This document shows, piece by piece, positions 56,988-64,000 of a DNA stretch of 64,000 nt. This DNA is from Dehalococcoidia bacterium (GTDB taxonomy: Bacteria > Chloroflexota > Dehalococcoidia > SM23-28-2 > RBG-16-64-32): positions 1,816 through 65,815 of the forward strand of contig DAOUBD010000028.1 in the NCBI GenBank assembly GCA_034432935.1, in the 5' to 3' direction. Under the pieces are notes generated by a model. That model saw only the letters and a program-made list of their open reading frames with translations. It had not been told where the DNA came from and made no database searches. Made by a program: the position numbers and the translations under genes. Numbering within the stretch: position 1 is the first letter of the stretch; every line of letters starts with the position of its first letter.

Positions 56988-57980
56988 ATGCCGCCTAAGC
57001 TGATCTGGCCGGCCCTAGGGGCGTTCCTGGCCATCGCCGTCGTCCTCGCCAGAACGCCTCATCTGCCTGCCGACGCAACTGCCACCCTCGATCCTGAGGA
57101 GCAGGCATTCCTTGACCTGTTGAACAACTACCGGCAACAGAACGGCGTTGGGCCGTTGTCGGCCGAGCCCAGCCTGACCGATGCCGCCCGGTGGATGAGC
57201 GCCGACATGGGCGCCCACGCCTATTTCAGCCACACCGACTCCCTGGGCCGCAACCCCTGGGACCGCATGGCCGCCTTCGGCTATAACTACAACACCTGGA
57301 GGGGAGAGAATATCGCCGCCGGAACGTCCTCAGCCCAAACCGTCTTCGACCTCTGGCGCAACTCCCCCGGCCACAACGCCAACATGCTGAGCAGCAACTA
57401 CCGGGTCATCGGCATCGGCAGGGTGTACACGCCAGGGAGTCCCTACGGCTGGTACTGGACCACCGACTTCGGGGGCTACGTGCCGAACCCATCGCCTCCT
57501 CCTTCCACGCCGACGCCGACGCCGACACCAACGCCAACGCCCACGCCAACGCCTGCTACCACGCCATCGCCCACGCCAACGCCCGCTCCCACGCCGTCGA
57601 CCACGCCGGATCCCAACGCGGACCCCGATGGCGACGGCTTCCCCACCTGGGTGGAACAGCGTGTGGGCACCGACCCGTTCCTCCGCTGCGGGATGCCCGA
57701 TACCAGCCGGGCCACTAGGCCAAGCATGGCGTGGCCCGCCGATCTGGTGACCGATGGCACGTACCGCATCGATATGCAGGACATCGCCAGTTTCATCGCG
57801 CCAATCCACCGCCTGAACACATCCCCGGGCCAGCCAGGATACGACCCCCGCTGGGACATCGTACCCTCAGCGGGCCCCCTGTCCAACGACATCAACATCA
57901 CGGACCTCGTCGCTCTCATCGTCCTGAAGCCGCCGATGTTCAACGGTCAGCGGGCTTACCAGGGGCCGGCCTGCCAGTAA
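56988..57980 (+). CDS. Secreted CAP/SCP/PR-1 domain protein with (PT)n linker and C-terminal domain
   Basis: Signal peptide. 'GHNANMLSSNYRVIGIG' CAP motifs. 'PSPPPSTPTPTPTPTPTPTPATTPSPTPTPAPTP' encoded by tandem ACGCCN repeats. Confidence 0.7.
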   Translation: MPPKLIWPALGAFLAIAVVLARTPHLPADATATLDPEEQAFLDLLNNYRQQNGVGPLSAEPSLTDAARWMSADMGAHAYFSHTDSLGRNPWDRMAAFGYNYNTWRGENIAAGTSSAQTVFDLWRNSPGHNANMLSSNYRVIGIGRVYTPGSPYGWYWTTDFGGYVPNPSPPPSTPTPTPTPTPTPTPTPATTPSPTPTPAPTPSTTPDPNADPDGDGFPTWVEQRVGTDPFLRCGMPDTSRATRPSMAWPADLVTDGTYRIDMQDIASFIAPIHRLNTSPGQPGYDPRWDIVPSAGPLSNDINITDLVALIVLKPPMFNGQRAYQGPACQ

Positions 57981-58009
57981 CCACACCTCACGGCAGCAGG
58001 CGCATCCCG

Positions 58010-58078
58010 CCACCCGTGCTGAGGCCCTCGAAGCATGAGGGGCAGGCGCCCCCGGCTGCGCTGGAGAATCCCGAAGCC
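58010..58078. repeat. REP/MITE-like repeat (family A), 1-2 units
   Basis: 'GTGCTGAGGCCCTCGAAGCATGAGG'. Confidence 0.55.
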
Positions 58079-58229
58079 TTAGTCCAGCCGCGAGACGGCG
58101 AGAGATGCCGTTCCCGGTTGACACGGCGCCGGGAATCTGTTTTCTTGACGGCGGGGGCCACGTAGGCGTTCAAGCCGGACGATACCTAGGCTAGGTATAG
58201 CCTCCGAAGTAAGGCGGAAGGAGCTTGTG

Positions 58230-59477
58230 ATGATAGAGGGAGTGTCCCAACAACAGCTGCTGGAGGATTTCGCCCGTTACGTCTCGCCCCAGAAGGTGCA
58301 GATGTACCGCATGTGGGGCGTCGACTTCATCCCGGGCAAGCGGGAGGGCGTCCGCGTCTGGGACTGGGAGGGCAAGCGGTCTTGGATCGATTGTAGGAGC
58401 GCGGGCGGTGTCTTCAACCTTGGCCACCGCCCTCCCCGTATCATCGCTGCCCTCAAGAAGGCGCTGGATGAGATCGATATAGCCGACCACATGCTGGCCA
58501 GCGGCTATCGGGCGATGACGGCCAAGAAGCTGGCGGAGATCACGCCGGGGGATCTTCAATACACCTGCTTCGGCTCCTCCGGGGGCGAGGCCATCGATTT
58601 CGCCATCAAACTAGCCCGCGGCTACACAGGCAAGCCCGGGGTGATATCGGCGGTGAAGGGCTACCACGGCCATACGGGCATGGCCCTGGCCGCCACCGAT
58701 GACTTCGGCACAAGGTACGGGCCCCTGGCGCCAGGCTTCCGCAAGGTGCCGCACGGGGACTTCGAGGCCCTGGAGAAGGCGGCGACGGACGACGTGGCGG
58801 CCATCATCATGGAGACCATCCCGGCCACGGCCGGCTTCATCATCCCCCCTGACGACTGGTACCCCCGCGTGCGCAAGCTGTGCGATGAGCGGGGGATCAT
58901 CCTGATCCTGGACGAGGTGCAGGCGGGACTGGGCCGGACGGGCCGCCTCTGGGCGTACGAAGAGTGGGGCATCTACCCAGACATCATGGTCTTGGGGAAG
59001 GGCATGAGCGCGGCCATCTACCCCGTCTCCTCCGCTACCTACCGTCCCTTCCTTCAGTCCTTCTTCGACGCCGACGCCTTCGCCCACCTCTCCTCCACGG
59101 GCGGCTCCGAGTTAGGGATGGTGACGGCGCTGGAGATGCTGAACCAGATCACCGAGCCCGGCTTTCTGGAACACGTCAGGGCCATGGGGCAGCGCTTCGA
59201 GGACGGGTTCGCCGCCCTTCAGGAGAAGTACCCGCAGGTGCTGAAAGGGCTGAACCGGCGGGGTCTCATGATCGGCGTCGTCATGTCTCATAAGGACTGT
59301 GGCCTCCTGATGGCCCGGGCGCTGGCCCAACGGGGTGTCATCGCCGTCTACGCCCACTACAACCCCCACATCCTCCAGCTTATGCCCCCGCTTATCATCC
59401 AGCCGCACGAGGTGGACGAGGTGCTGGACGCCTTCGACGGCGCCTTCCAGGAGGTGGCGGCCGCGTTGAGCCGGTGA
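58230..59477 (+). CDS. Class-III (omega) aminotransferase
   Basis: 'DEVQAGLGRTGRLWA' and PLP-Lys context; RBS AAGGCGGAAGGAG. Confidence 0.8.
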   Translation: MIEGVSQQQLLEDFARYVSPQKVQMYRMWGVDFIPGKREGVRVWDWEGKRSWIDCRSAGGVFNLGHRPPRIIAALKKALDEIDIADHMLASGYRAMTAKKLAEITPGDLQYTCFGSSGGEAIDFAIKLARGYTGKPGVISAVKGYHGHTGMALAATDDFGTRYGPLAPGFRKVPHGDFEALEKAATDDVAAIIMETIPATAGFIIPPDDWYPRVRKLCDERGIILILDEVQAGLGRTGRLWAYEEWGIYPDIMVLGKGMSAAIYPVSSATYRPFLQSFFDADAFAHLSSTGGSELGMVTALEMLNQITEPGFLEHVRAMGQRFEDGFAALQEKYPQVLKGLNRRGLMIGVVMSHKDCGLLMARALAQRGVIAVYAHYNPHILQLMPPLIIQPHEVDEVLDAFDGAFQEVAAALSR

Positions 59478-59534
59478 GGGCACGGCCTGACGTCCCCTTG
59501 GCTTGAGACCGCGCCCGCTAGGGAGCCCGCAAGA

Positions 59535-60437
59535 ATGGAAGAAACGGAGCCCAAGATAGACCCGCGGGAGGCGCTGGCCGCCCTCGGCTATCCCGAAGTC
59601 TCAGACCCAGTGAGGATAACCGGCGGCTGGGAGACCCTCCTGTGGCGGTTCCAGACGCCGGACGGCCGCGAACACTCCCTCCGCATCTACCATCTGGCCC
59701 GGATCCGGGCCATCGCCTGGCGAGAGAGAGCGGCGCTAGAGGCCTGCGCTGGGGCCGGCCTGCCCGCGCCGCGGGTCGAGAAGGCGGGCGAAGTCTGCGG
59801 CTACCCTGCCCTCGTCCTCTCCTGGTGCCCGGGCAAACCGATTCTCTCCTTCATCGAGAACAAACCGTGGCTGTTGTGGCGCCTAAGCCACCTCTTCGGC
59901 CAGATGCACGCCCGCCTGCACGCCATCAAGCCGCCGGGGGAGTTCCTTGCCTCGGCGCCTAGGGAGTGGGTGATGCGGGCAGGGGACGAATATCAGGACC
60001 TGGCCGAGCACGCCCTGGGCCTGGGGTTGCGCACCGACTGCCTGATCCATATGGACTACCATCCCCTGAACATCGTCAGCGACGGTTCCGTCATCACTGG
60101 CGTGTTGGACTGGTGCGGAGCAGCGGCTGGGGACCCCCGGGCGGACCTGGCGCGCACGGAGATCACCCTCTTGGCGGCCCCGGTACCGCCGGGGCCGATG
60201 GCCCCCTTCCTGAACCTGGCCCGCCACCTCGTCCTCCGGGCCTGGCGTTCGGGATATAGGTCGGTTGCCGGTTCCTTGCCGGATTACCGGCCGCTGCGCG
60301 CCTGGGCCGGCGCCACTCTCATCACCGAGATCGTCCCCGTCATCGATATGCCCAACGTCTGGGGGACTCGCCAGGACCTCGAGAAGTTCCGCCGCCTGGT
60401 GGAAGCCTGGGCCCGCCAGGAGGGCGTCCGGCGCTAG
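59535..60437 (+). CDS. APH/ChoK-family small-molecule kinase (phosphotransferase enzyme family)
   Basis: 'LIHMDYHPLNIV' catalytic loop and 'VLDW' motif. Confidence 0.65.
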   Translation: MEETEPKIDPREALAALGYPEVSDPVRITGGWETLLWRFQTPDGREHSLRIYHLARIRAIAWRERAALEACAGAGLPAPRVEKAGEVCGYPALVLSWCPGKPILSFIENKPWLLWRLSHLFGQMHARLHAIKPPGEFLASAPREWVMRAGDEYQDLAEHALGLGLRTDCLIHMDYHPLNIVSDGSVITGVLDWCGAAAGDPRADLARTEITLLAAPVPPGPMAPFLNLARHLVLRAWRSGYRSVAGSLPDYRPLRAWAGATLITEIVPVIDMPNVWGTRQDLEKFRRLVEAWARQEGVRR

Positions 60438-60525
60438 CCGCGGGCGAACCGGAAAGCCTTGCGCTACCGTAAGGGCGGCGGCTAGACTTCTCGTGCACGC
60501 GCCACCAGACCGCCTGCTATCCGCT

Positions 60526-61410
60526 ATGCCCCATCACGACGGCCTCCGCCACGAATACGCCACCGTAAACGGCCTGCGATACCACTTCGTCCGCGAGGGC
60601 AGCGGCGCGCCCCTCATCCTGCTCCACGGCTGGCCCGGCTTCTACTACGAGTGGCGGTTGAACATCGCACCCCTCTCCCAGAGGTTCGAGGTGGTGGCCC
60701 CCGACATGCGCGGCTACGGATACAGCGACAAACCCGATTTGCCGCCGGAAGAGGGATACACCCCCGCCGCCTACGCTGCCGACATTGGAGCCCTGATGGA
60801 CGCTTTGGGATGGGACAAGGCGAGCTTTGTGGCCCACGACTTCGGCAGCGTCTGGGCCCAGCAGTTCGCCCGCGTCCAGCCAGGGCGGGTGCACCGGCTG
60901 GTGCTCATCGATCCCGTCTACCCCGGCATCGGCGCCCGTTGGTTCGAGCCCGGACGGGCCCTGGAGACCTGGTACACAGCCTTCCACCAGTTGCCTTGGG
61001 CCGAGGAGCTCGTCGGCTCCAGCCGCAGGGCCACGGAGCTCTACCTCCGGCATTTCCTCGGCCATTGGTCGTACAACCCAGACCTCTGGACTGACGGGGA
61101 GATCGCCGAGTATGTGGAGGCCTTCTCCCAGCCTGGAGCGCTGCGGGGCGGCTTCAACTGCTACCGCGCCCTGTTCCGCGCCCCGGGCGCCATGGCTGCC
61201 ACCGGCAAGATCCCGGCGCCTACTCTGGTACTTTGGGCCGAGAACGACCCGATCTTGCCGCCTGCGTGGGCCGACAGGCTGGGCGATTTCTTCGCGAACT
61301 ACGAATTGCGGACGGTGCCGAAGGCTGGCCACTTCCTGATGCGGGAGCAACCGGATGTCTTGAACAGAGCCGTAATCCAGTGGGTCTTGGACAAAGGAGG
61401 ACGCCGATGA
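60526..61410 (+). CDS. Alpha/beta hydrolase (epoxide-hydrolase-like)
   Basis: 'LLHGWPGFYYEWR' HGWP motif, nucleophile elbow, 'AGHF' C-terminus. Confidence 0.75.
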   Translation: MPHHDGLRHEYATVNGLRYHFVREGSGAPLILLHGWPGFYYEWRLNIAPLSQRFEVVAPDMRGYGYSDKPDLPPEEGYTPAAYAADIGALMDALGWDKASFVAHDFGSVWAQQFARVQPGRVHRLVLIDPVYPGIGARWFEPGRALETWYTAFHQLPWAEELVGSSRRATELYLRHFLGHWSYNPDLWTDGEIAEYVEAFSQPGALRGGFNCYRALFRAPGAMAATGKIPAPTLVLWAENDPILPPAWADRLGDFFANYELRTVPKAGHFLMREQPDVLNRAVIQWVLDKGGRR

Positions 61411-62435
61411 AGGTAGAGAGCGCCATCGTGGCCACGTCCATCGTGGGTCTGGCGGAGCATGCGCGCCGTTTGGAGCAAGCCGGCTACGATTCCGTGATCA
61501 CGCCGGAAGCGGGGCACGACCCGTTCCTGCCTCTGATGATCATCGCCGAGCACACCCAGCGCCTAAGGTTCGGCACCGGGGTGGCCATCGCCTTCCCCCG
61601 CAGTCCCATGGTCACGGCTCAGATAGCTTGGGACCTCCAACGCTTCTCGGGCGGGCGTTTCCTCTTGGGCATGGGGACACAGGTCAAGGGCCACAACGAG
61701 CGCCGCTACTCGACCCCCTGGCCCTCGCCGCCGGGCCCCCGCCTGCGGGAGTACATCCTGTGCCTGAAGGCGATCTTCAAGACGTTCCAGACGGGGGCGC
61801 GGCCCGATTTCCAGGGCAAGCACTATCAGTTCACCCTCATCTCCCCTTTCTTCAACCCTGGGCCTAACGATCCTCCGGCCGACCGTGTGCCCATCTACAT
61901 CTCCGCCGTGAACCGCTACAACTGCCGGCTGGTGGGGGAGCTGTGCGACGGCATCCGCATGCACGGCTTCAACACGGCAAAATACACCAGGGAGGTGATC
62001 CTGCCCGCCATCAAGGAAGGGGCGGAGAAGGCCGGGCGCGATATGTCGGAGATCGACATCGTGGCCGGCACCTTCGTCATCACGGGGAAGAACTGGGACG
62101 AGGTGGAGAAGGCGAAGGCGCCCGTGCGGCAACAGCTCTCGTTCTACGCCTCGACGCGCGCCTACTTCCCGGTGCTGGAGGTGCACGGCTGGCAGGACGT
62201 GGGCCAACGGCTCTTCCGCCTCTCGATGGAGGGCAAATGGACGGAGATGGCCAGCGCCATAACCGACGAGATGCTGGACGAGTTCGCCATAGTCGCCCCT
62301 TACGATGAGCTGGTGCCCCGGCTCAAGGAGCGCTTCGCCGGTCTGGCGACGACGCTGGACTTCGGGTTTGGCGTCCGCACGCCGGAGGAGCACGAACGGC
62401 TGAGCGAGATCGTGTCGGAGATCAAGAAGCTTTAG
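61407..62435 (+). CDS. LLM-class (luciferase-like) F420-dependent oxidoreductase
   Basis: TIM-barrel LLM motifs 'RFLLGMGTQVKGHNERRY'; ATGA overlap with the hydrolase gene. Confidence 0.7.
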   Translation: MKVESAIVATSIVGLAEHARRLEQAGYDSVITPEAGHDPFLPLMIIAEHTQRLRFGTGVAIAFPRSPMVTAQIAWDLQRFSGGRFLLGMGTQVKGHNERRYSTPWPSPPGPRLREYILCLKAIFKTFQTGARPDFQGKHYQFTLISPFFNPGPNDPPADRVPIYISAVNRYNCRLVGELCDGIRMHGFNTAKYTREVILPAIKEGAEKAGRDMSEIDIVAGTFVITGKNWDEVEKAKAPVRQQLSFYASTRAYFPVLEVHGWQDVGQRLFRLSMEGKWTEMASAITDEMLDEFAIVAPYDELVPRLKERFAGLATTLDFGFGVRTPEEHERLSEIVSEIKKL

Positions 62436-62442
62436 CCGGACC

Positions 62443-62665
62443 TGAAGGCCGCCCCTGCTTCGAGGGCCTCGGCATCAGCGGGGGTTGTACGGGGCTCGGC
62501 GTGAGTGGCGATTTGGCCCGACATCCCTTCCCGCTCATCCTGAGCCGTGTCGAAGGATGAGCGGGGTTCTGCTCGCGCTGCCACCCTCCTTCCCGCTCGC
62601 CCTGAGGCACTCGAAGGATGAGCGGAGCATGCGGGCGGCTCATGCTTCGAGGGCCTCAGCATGAG
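62443..62665. repeat. Cluster of REP/MITE-like palindromic repeats (family A), about 5 units
   Basis: Both unit subtypes present. Confidence 0.7.
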
Positions 62666-62785
62666 CGGGAGTAAACAACTCCCGGCCTACCGCCGTCAGT
62701 GCACACGGCGGCCTGCGGCCGCCGGCGCGGCGGGACGTGATACACTCCCCTCAGAGTACGGCCGGGCTGCGGAGGACCAGCTACC

Positions 62786-64000
62786 ATGGACGGAGAGACC
62801 TACTGGCCCCTGAAGCGATACCAGGACATCTATCAGCGCTCCCTAGACGACCCCGAGGGCTTCTGGGCGGAGGAGGCCCGCCAGCTCGAGTGGTTCCGGC
62901 CTTGGGAACGCGTGCTGGAGTGGGAGCCGCCTTTCGCCCGCTGGTTCGTGGGAGGCCGGCTCAACGCCTCCTACCTGTGCCTGGACCGCCACTTCCGCTC
63001 GTGGCGCAAGAGCAAGGTGGCCATCTACTGGGAGGGCGAGCCCGGCGACTCCAGAACCTTGAGCTACTCCACCCTCTACCGGGAGGTGAACCGCGCCGCC
63101 TCGCTCCTTAAAAAGCTCGGAGTCGGCAAGGGCGACGCGGTGGCCCTCTACCTCCCCATGGTGCCCGAACTGCCCATCTTCATGCTGGCCTGCGCCCGCA
63201 TCGGGGCCGTGCATACCGTCGTCTTCTCCGGCTTCAGTGCTCAGGCGCTGGCGGAGCGCATGACCGATGTTGGCGCCAAGGTGCTGGTGACGGCGGACGG
63301 TGGCTACCGCCGCGGCAAGGTCATCCCGCTTAAGCAGATCGCCGATGAGGCGATGGCCCTGGCGCCGGGCGTGCAGACGGCCATCGTCTTACGGCGCACC
63401 GGCAGCGACGTGACCATGCGTCCTGGGCGCGACCTCTGGCTGCACGATCTCCTGGAAGGCGCTTCCCTTTACGTGGCCCCGGAGGAGGTCGAGGCCACCC
63501 ACCCGCTCTACATCCTGTACACGTCCGGCACCACCGGCAAGCCCAAAGGGATCGTCCACAGCACCGGCGGATACCTGGTGTTCAACTACTCCACCTACAG
63601 GTGGGCCTTCGCCATCCGCGACGACTCCGTGTACTGGTGCACCGCCGACGTCGGCTGGGTCACGGGCCACAGCGCCATCGTCTATGCCCCCCTCATGCAT
63701 GGGGCCTCGCTGGTGATGTACGAGGGCGCCCCGGACTACCCCCAGCTCGACCGCTGGTGGGAGATCATCGAAAAGTACCGCGTCACCGTCTTTTACACCT
63801 CCCCCACGGCCATCCGTATGTTCATGAGCCACAGTACGGACTGGCTGGCGCGGCATGACCTGTCTAGCCTGGAACTCTTGGGCACGGTGGGAGAGCCCAT
63901 CAACCCAGCGGCCTGGAAGTGGTATTACCGCTTCGTGGGCGGCGAACGCTGTCCCATCGTCGACACCTGGTGGCAAACGGAGACGGGCGGCTTCATGATC
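62786..64000 (+). CDS. acs: Acetyl-CoA synthetase (5' partial; continues beyond the window)
   Basis: RBS GGAGGA; '[11 protein letters not shown]' AMP-binding motif and Acs N-terminal domain. No stop before 64000, which is why it is absent from the ORF track. Confidence 0.85.
   Translation, partial: MDGETYWPLKRYQDIYQRSLDDPEGFWAEEARQLEWFRPWERVLEWEPPFARWFVGGRLNASYLCLDRHFRSWRKSKVAIYWEGEPGDSRTLSYSTLYREVNRAASLLKKLGVGKGDAVALYLPMVPELPIFMLACARIGAVHTVVFSGFSAQALAERMTDVGAKVLVTADGGYRRGKVIPLKQIADEAMALAPGVQTAIVLRRTGSDVTMRPGRDLWLHDLLEGASLYVAPEEVEATHPLYILYTSGTTGKPKGIVHSTGGYLVFNYSTYRWAFAIRDDSVYWCTADVGWVTGHSAIVYAPLMHGASLVMYEGAPDYPQLDRWWEIIEKYRVTVFYTSPTAIRMFMSHSTDWLARHDLSSLELLGTVGEPINPAAWKWYYRFVGGERCPIVDTWWQTETGGFMI

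Noticed and set aside
42069-62665. REP clusters as CRISPR arrays
   Set aside because: The units are palindromic and irregularly spaced, occur in both orientations, and are dispersed at five loci without unique spacers or cas genes.
1-64000. Mobile elements, prophage or IS elements
   Set aside because: No transposase, integrase or phage structural genes were recognised. The tRNA-adjacent gene is not an integrase.

Overview
This is a high-GC (~68-70%) bacterial chromosomal segment, possibly Chloroflexota or Actinomycetota-like (inference only). It is densely coded on both strands. About 60 genes are supportable; most large 'antisense' ORFs in the track are GC-driven artefacts.

Housekeeping and metabolic genes:
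- a minus-strand tRNA-Thr(CGU) with encoded CCA
- murI, lipA, coaE, etfBA, nagA, cinA, and a 5' partial acs
- several SDRs, a crotonase, an acyl-CoA dehydrogenase, an HpcH aldolase, a GH38 alpha-mannosidase coupled to a PHP hydrolase, and an F420-type LLM oxidoreductase

Accessory content worth attention:
1. A GEMM-I (c-di-GMP-I) riboswitch-like leader at ~27.99-28.08 kb lies immediately upstream of a translationally coupled GGDEF -> HD-GYP -> unknown 190-aa protein operon. A second GAF/HD-GYP gene sits at 40.5 kb.
2. A copper-handling locus (50.6-55.7 kb) contains a His-rich Tat-type secreted protein, a lipoprotein, CopC, and a CopC-CopD fusion carrying a C-terminal CxxCH cytochrome c domain. 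Two paralogous membrane-anchored proteins in it share an FFGxxxHNxTHxID...C...LE motif.
3. A CbbQ/NorQ-type AAA+ ATPase is paired with a 1111-aa VWA (CbbO/NorD-like) protein, with no RuBisCO or NOR nearby.
4. Two unrelated secreted proteins (a TolB-like beta-propeller and a parallel beta-helix) each carry tandem Cys-containing dockerin-like modules.
5. Five intergenic clusters hold a REP/MITE-like palindromic repeat family.
6. A four-helix-bundle (Avd / 23S-IVS-type) protein next to the tRNA is interrupted by 9-bp tandem repeats.

Other oddities: an eRF1-like (baeRF) protein, a pseudo-receiver OmpR regulator, a GNAT-threonine dehydratase fusion, a DegT / MFS / Gfo-Idh-MocA mini-cluster, and an unannotated 46-aa zinc-ribbon ORF.
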